Both the position numbers and the translations under genes were made by a program. From NCBI GenBank assembly GCA_045545235.1, contig JAZQAN010000017.1:1200-65199 (forward strand): a stretch of 64,000 nt of DNA, read 5' to 3'. Below, in pieces: positions 59,632 through 64,000 of this stretch; within the stretch, counting starts at the first letter, position 1, and each line of letters opens with the position of its first letter. The DNA comes from Clostridia bacterium (GTDB lineage Bacteria > Bacillota > Clostridia > Monoglobales > Firm-18). The notes beneath the pieces are model-generated. The model saw only the letters and a program-made list of their open reading frames with translations, did not search any database and was not told the DNA's origin.

Positions 59632-60996
59632 ATGAATTCTGAAAATATTTTTAATGATAAGGAAATAGTTGCTAAGCTATATGAAATTGCCGGAGAAAGC
59701 AACTATATTGACCCTGGATACTACAATCAGTACAACGTTAAAAGAGGTCTTAGAAACTCTAACGGTACAGGTGTACTTGTTGGTCTTACAAACATCGGCG
59801 ATGTACACGGCTATATATTCGACGAAAATGAAAAAGTTGAGGTTGAGGGCAGACTACGTTACCGCGGCGTTGACGTTACGGAAATGGTTCGCACCTGTAT
59901 AGAGGAAGACCGTTTCGGATTTGAAGAAACAATTTTCCTTATAATTTTCGGTAAATTGCCAACAAAGTCACAGCTTGCAAGTTTTACCGAGCTTCTTAAT
60001 GAATCTATGATTCTTCCAAAGAACTTTACTGAAGATATAATTTTGAAAAACCCTACTCCGGACATTATGAACAAGCTCGCAAAATGCGTGTTGGCACTTT
60101 ATTCAGATGATTATAATCCTGATGAACTTTCATTGCCAAACCTTATAAGACAGGCTGTCTTGCTTATTGCCAGATTCCCCGTTATGATTGCACACGCATA
60201 TTGTGCAAAAACTCATTATTACGACAGAAAAAGTCTTTATCTGCATTCACCACAGAAAAATCTTTCAATGGCAGAAAACTTTTTGTATATGATAAGACCG
60301 GATAATAAATATACAGACCTTGAAGCAAAGGTTTTGGACCTTGCACTTATTTTGCACGCCGAACATGGTGCAGGTAATAACTCAACATTTGTAACAAAGG
60401 TTGTTTCATCAACAGGTACCGACACTTACTCAGCAATTGCCGCATCTGTAGGTTCGCTTAAGGGACCAAAACACGGCGGTGCCAACAACAGAGTTATCGG
60501 TATGATGGATGAAATTAAAGCAAATGTTAAAAACTGGGAAGATGATGAGGAAGTAAAGGCATACATCACAAAAATTCTTAAGAAGGAAGCTTACGATAAA
60601 TCAGGTCTTGTTTATGGTATGGGCCACGCAGTTTATACACTTTCAGACCCACGTGCAGTACTTCTTAAGGAATATGCAGCAAAGCTTGCAAAAGCTAAAA
60701 ATTGTGAAAAGGAATTTGAACTTTACAAAGCAGTTGAAAGACTTACTCCTGACTTGTTCCACGAAATAAAGGGTAATACACAGGCCCTTGCGGCAAACGT
60801 AGACTTTTACAGCGGTTTTGTTTACAGTATGCTTGGTATACCAAGTGAGCTTTATACTCCACTATTTGCAATGGCACGAGTTGTAGGTTGGTCTGCCCAC
60901 AGAATTGAAGAGGTTATGACAAACAACAAAATTATCCGCCCTGCTTATAAGAGCGTTGTAAAGAAAAGTGAATATATTCCATTAAACAAAAGATAA
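59632..60996 (+). CDS. citrate/2-methylcitrate synthase (Si-type family)
   Basis: LRYRG, HAEH..NNSTF, GPKHGGAN, GMGHAVY..DPR, NVDFYSG and R..GW.AH motifs. Confidence 0.95.
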   Translation: MNSENIFNDKEIVAKLYEIAGESNYIDPGYYNQYNVKRGLRNSNGTGVLVGLTNIGDVHGYIFDENEKVEVEGRLRYRGVDVTEMVRTCIEEDRFGFEETIFLIIFGKLPTKSQLASFTELLNESMILPKNFTEDIILKNPTPDIMNKLAKCVLALYSDDYNPDELSLPNLIRQAVLLIARFPVMIAHAYCAKTHYYDRKSLYLHSPQKNLSMAENFLYMIRPDNKYTDLEAKVLDLALILHAEHGAGNNSTFVTKVVSSTGTDTYSAIAASVGSLKGPKHGGANNRVIGMMDEIKANVKNWEDDEEVKAYITKILKKEAYDKSGLVYGMGHAVYTLSDPRAVLLKEYAAKLAKAKNCEKEFELYKAVERLTPDLFHEIKGNTQALAANVDFYSGFVYSMLGIPSELYTPLFAMARVVGWSAHRIEEVMTNNKIIRPAYKSVVKKSEYIPLNKR

Positions 60997-61002
60997 TTTT
61001 AA

Positions 61003-61037
61003 GGGATTGTAAAAAACTGATTGTTTTTTACAATCCC
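61003..61037. terminator. intrinsic terminator between convergent genes
   Basis: GGGATTGTAAAAAAC-tgatt-GTTTTTTACAATCCC followed by acTTTTTT. Confidence 0.85.
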
Positions 61038-61063
61038 ACTTTTTTATCTTATGTTCACAAAAC

Positions 61064-61720
61064 CTATGTATTTTGTTTTTTATATAGCTTTCTTACATTT
61101 ACAAATGCCAGCATTACACAATAAAGAGAGTAAACAGCATAAATAAGATATGTAATCTGTGACGGCTCATTAAGCATCATCTGAACGTTAAGTAAAATAT
61201 TCAACACTCCGTTTATTGGCCATAAATAGGAATATTCTATAAATGCAAGCATCGTAAGAATCGTAACATAAATACCGATAATAGAAGAAAATGTATCTAA
61301 AACTGCGTACAAAGAGCCTACAGATTCTAAAATACAAAAACATACTGCACAGGCACATAAAAATGTGGCGGCAGTAAACAAGCGCAATTTACGTGACATC
61401 TTTTTAAAAACTACCGATTTTTCATAAGACCGTTTATTCCAGTATATAAATGTTATAAGCTGCATAGGGAATGAAAACACCAAGCCTGATAATGCAGTTG
61501 CATAAGCACCCAGATGCATATACACAACTGCATACAGAAGTGCGTTTATTCCTCCAACCAAATATCCGAATCTGTTTGCTGAAGCCTGTAATGCCATAAC
61601 AATAACAGATATAAAGAGTGGTATTATTCTATAAAAAGGCTGTCTAAAAATAATACCCGTGATAAGTATTGCAACGTAAGTAATTATAAGTATTATGTTT
61701 TTTGATGTTAATTTATTCAT
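61064..61720 (-). CDS. PnuC-family (nicotinamide mononucleotide transporter-like) membrane protein
   Basis: 7-8 TM segments; GYLVGGIN..LY, MQLITFIYW, LDTFSS and IEYSYLW patterns typical of PnuC. Confidence 0.7.
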   Translation of the reverse strand: MNKLTSKNIILIITYVAILITGIIFRQPFYRIIPLFISVIVMALQASANRFGYLVGGINALLYAVVYMHLGAYATALSGLVFSFPMQLITFIYWNKRSYEKSVVFKKMSRKLRLFTAATFLCACAVCFCILESVGSLYAVLDTFSSIIGIYVTILTMLAFIEYSYLWPINGVLNILLNVQMMLNEPSQITYLIYAVYSLYCVMLAFVNVRKLYKKQNT

Positions 61721-62795
61721 TTTCGTTCTCTAATTCATCATACATTATTTTCAGGATCTTCAAACTGTTAAGTGGTATTCCGCTACCGTTGGAATGGTAA
61801 TAGGCAACCATAAAATAACCATTCCCCTCAATAATTGCAGGATAACAGTAACTTTCATTCAAATCGTCCTCTAAATAAAAGCATTTCGGGAATGTAAGTC
61901 CTCCATCAAGACTTACCGCACATACATATGGAGTTCTTCCCCACCCCTTTTTATAAAGCTCACCAAAAACTCTGATGCGTGGAACAGGATTAAATATAGA
62001 AATGGTATATTTTCCCACTTTTTTTATCTGCATAGGTGAGCATGGTGATGAAAAATATTTATTAGGCAATACAGCTGACCAGCTTTCACCCATATCTGAT
62101 GAAAATGTTTCAAACTGAAATCCCAAATCCGTACGTAACCACATATGCACCGTACCATCTTCTCGCTGAATAACTCCCGGCTCCTGAAGCCCCTTTTCAT
62201 CATTTTCAAATGGAAGATACACCCTTTCGGATTCCTGCCAGGTTTCACCATCATCATCAGAATAAAACACAGATACTATTCCCGGTTCATATTCACTTAA
62301 TCCTTTTGTTTTATGTAATGCCGCAGGTATAATCAATCTGCCGTCTTTAAGCCTTACAACCCTGTCATTATTTACAACATGATACGAATCATCAGGTATG
62401 CACACCTTTGCTTCTCCCCATGTCTTACCCTCATCCGAAGAGCGTTTCAACAAATACGAATCCTTTGTATTCCCCTCTTCATCACGTCCTATTTGAAGAT
62501 AAAACAAGCCAATATCCCCATTTTTCATACGGATAAGCGATACACTCATAACGTTGTCCTCACCTGCATCCTTTGTAAGAATTACACGTTTATCGCCCCA
62601 TGTTTCTCCCTCGTCGTATGAAAAAATTGCAGTAAGCTTTGCATCCCCATGGTCATCCTTACAGTTTCCGCGGCTATAATCTGTATATATCAACATTATA
62701 GTATTGTCATTTAACCTTATAAAATCCCCTTCGCCGTTTCTTGCACAATTTTCATTTGTTTTAAGAAACAAAACCTCTCTGCCGATTTTTTTCAT
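61713..62795 (-). CDS. cytoplasmic BNR/Asp-box beta-propeller (sialidase-like) protein
   Basis: Five Asp-boxes (SYDEGETW, SSDEGKTW, SDDDGETW, SSDMGESW, SLDGGLTF), QEP and YCYP motifs; no signal peptide. Confidence 0.87.
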   Translation of the reverse strand: MKKIGREVLFLKTNENCARNGEGDFIRLNDNTIMLIYTDYSRGNCKDDHGDAKLTAIFSYDEGETWGDKRVILTKDAGEDNVMSVSLIRMKNGDIGLFYLQIGRDEEGNTKDSYLLKRSSDEGKTWGEAKVCIPDDSYHVVNNDRVVRLKDGRLIIPAALHKTKGLSEYEPGIVSVFYSDDDGETWQESERVYLPFENDEKGLQEPGVIQREDGTVHMWLRTDLGFQFETFSSDMGESWSAVLPNKYFSSPCSPMQIKKVGKYTISIFNPVPRIRVFGELYKKGWGRTPYVCAVSLDGGLTFPKCFYLEDDLNESYCYPAIIEGNGYFMVAYYHSNGSGIPLNSLKILKIMYDELENENE

Positions 62796-62946
62796 AATTA
62801 CCACTCCTTATGCTTTGATAATATCACCATGCAAGACTTCTTTCAATACCTTTATAAGCCATTATTTTATTTTTATGTCTTAATTTGGTACTTTGTTATT
62901 GAACATATAATTTGAATATGTTAAAATACTAATGTGAGGTGATTGC

Positions 62947-63753
62947 TTGAATAACTATATAGAATATAAGTTCAAAACTGAAAACACGGTCTTTTCCTTC
63001 TTTACAGACAACGGAAGCATTGCAGAAGGCTCTTCGGTATGCTCTGATATACACCTTCACAAATTTTACGAGCTTTTTTATGTCACGAAGGGTAATGTAA
63101 CCATAAATCAACACACACTCAGCGAAAACACAGCCGCACTTATCCCCTGTGAATTTGCGCACAACACCGCAATTCATGAAAACTCACAGAGAATTGCAGT
63201 TTCATTTACGGTCAGTAAAGATAATTTTATATCATTTCCGAAGGATGAAATTTTAATACTTGAAAACTTTGAGGGCGGTGATGCATTCAAAAGATTTGCC
63301 CGTTACTACTACGGTACATACACAAATAAAAAAGAACTTATAATAGCATGCCTGCACGAAATAATTATGCTTGTAAAAGAGTATGCATCAACAGACGGCA
63401 ACAATCACACCACATCCAGCCTTTCCGACAGTGATATTTACAGAAACTACATTATTGAAAACTACTTCTACAACAGTTTCATCAAAGGCAATCTTTCCGA
63501 ACTTGCACAATTACTGCATTTAAGCTGTAAACAAACGCAAAGAATTATCAAAAAAATATACGGCCATTCGTTTAAAGAACATATAATAATGCTCAAAATG
63601 GAATACGGAAAAAAATTACTTGCCGAAACCAATTTGCCAATTTCAGAAATTTCGGAAAAATCAGGATATAAATCTACTCACAATTTTTATTCAATATTCA
63701 GGAAACTATTTAATATAACTCCAACTGAATATCGTTTGAAATTTAAAAAATAA
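62947..63753 (+). CDS. AraC family transcriptional regulator
   Basis: HLHKFYE cupin motif and SGYKSTHNFYSIFRKLFNITPTEYR; divergent from the BNR gene. Confidence 0.92.
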   Translation: MNNYIEYKFKTENTVFSFFTDNGSIAEGSSVCSDIHLHKFYELFYVTKGNVTINQHTLSENTAALIPCEFAHNTAIHENSQRIAVSFTVSKDNFISFPKDEILILENFEGGDAFKRFARYYYGTYTNKKELIIACLHEIIMLVKEYASTDGNNHTTSSLSDSDIYRNYIIENYFYNSFIKGNLSELAQLLHLSCKQTQRIIKKIYGHSFKEHIIMLKMEYGKKLLAETNLPISEISEKSGYKSTHNFYSIFRKLFNITPTEYRLKFKK

Positions 63754-63775
63754 TAAACATTTTTCAAAAAAACAC

Positions 63776-63804
63776 TTGCATTTCAAAAAAACATATGCTA
63801 TAAT
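63776..63804 (+). promoter_or_regulatory. sigma-A promoter of the tRNA cluster
   Basis: TTGCAT-17 nt-TATAAT with a TG extension and an A-rich UP-like region. Confidence 0.8.
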
Positions 63805-63834
63805 ATATAAGTCCTTGAAATGGATAAGGTATTC

Positions 63835-63909
63835 GGCTCATTGGTCAAGCGGTTAAGACTCCGCCCTCTCACGGCGGCAACAGGGGTTCGAATCCCCTAT
63901 GAGTCACCA
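63835..63909 (+). tRNA. tRNA-Glu(CTC)
   Basis: GGCTCAT/ATGAGTC acceptor stem, CCGCC-ctCTCac-GGCGG anticodon arm, GTTCGAATC T-loop and encoded CCA. Confidence 0.96.
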
Positions 63910-63927
63910 TTTCTTTCAATTTAATAT

Positions 63928-64000
63928 GGACCTTTAGCTCAGTTGGTTAGAGCAACCGGCTCATAACCGGTTGGTCCGGGGTTCGAGTCCCTGAAGGTCC
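63928..64000 (+). tRNA. tRNA with CAT anticodon, probably tRNA-Ile2 (lysidine); 3' end cut by the window
   Basis: GGACCTT/AAGGTCC acceptor stem and ACCGG-ctCATaa-CCGGT anticodon arm. The GGACCTTTAGCTCAG start resembles Firmicute Ile2 more than Met or fMet. Confidence 0.88.

Noticed and set aside
61064-64000. PnuC-BNR-AraC block as a tRNA-integrated island
   Set aside because: It lies 5' of the tRNAs, with no integrase and no duplicated tRNA 3' end visible in the window.

Overview
Low-GC chromosomal window from a spore-forming Clostridia-type Firmicute, inferred from spoIID plus a spoIIQ-like gene, SLH proteins, nfnAB, glyQS and an efp-CD1247-like pair. I saw no transposase, integrase, phage gene or CRISPR array. 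Core blocks: glyQS; an acyl-CoA synthetase-iorA-iorB-paaK-ACT-HD-AEC aryl-acid cluster; nfnAB; rpmG-secE-nusG-rplK-rplA and rplJ-rplL with recognisable L1 and L10 leaders; spoIID-spoIIQ-like-rsmG; cls-TIM barrel-aroQ-pepP-efp-lspA-rluD-mgsA; tig-clpP-clpX; thrC; citrate synthase; and tRNA-Glu(CTC) plus a CAT tRNA at the right edge. Accessory blocks: four AraC regulators, each beside orphan catabolic or transport genes (ADP-ribosylglycohydrolase, GH127, MATE, BNR/sialidase-like plus PnuC), an operon led by an unannotated 1082-aa GH42-architecture protein, and a three-gene surface locus directly after clpX. The strongest novelty candidate is that surface locus. It encodes a ~2500-aa SLH protein whose C-terminal helical repeats occur in mirror (out-and-back) order, a second SLH/B-repeat protein and a membrane-anchored partner. 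Also notable are a SecE with a ~125-aa acidic repeat tail and a promoter-proximal terminator with a competing structure in the rpmG-secE-nusG leader. All family calls come from motif recognition by eye, not from database searches.
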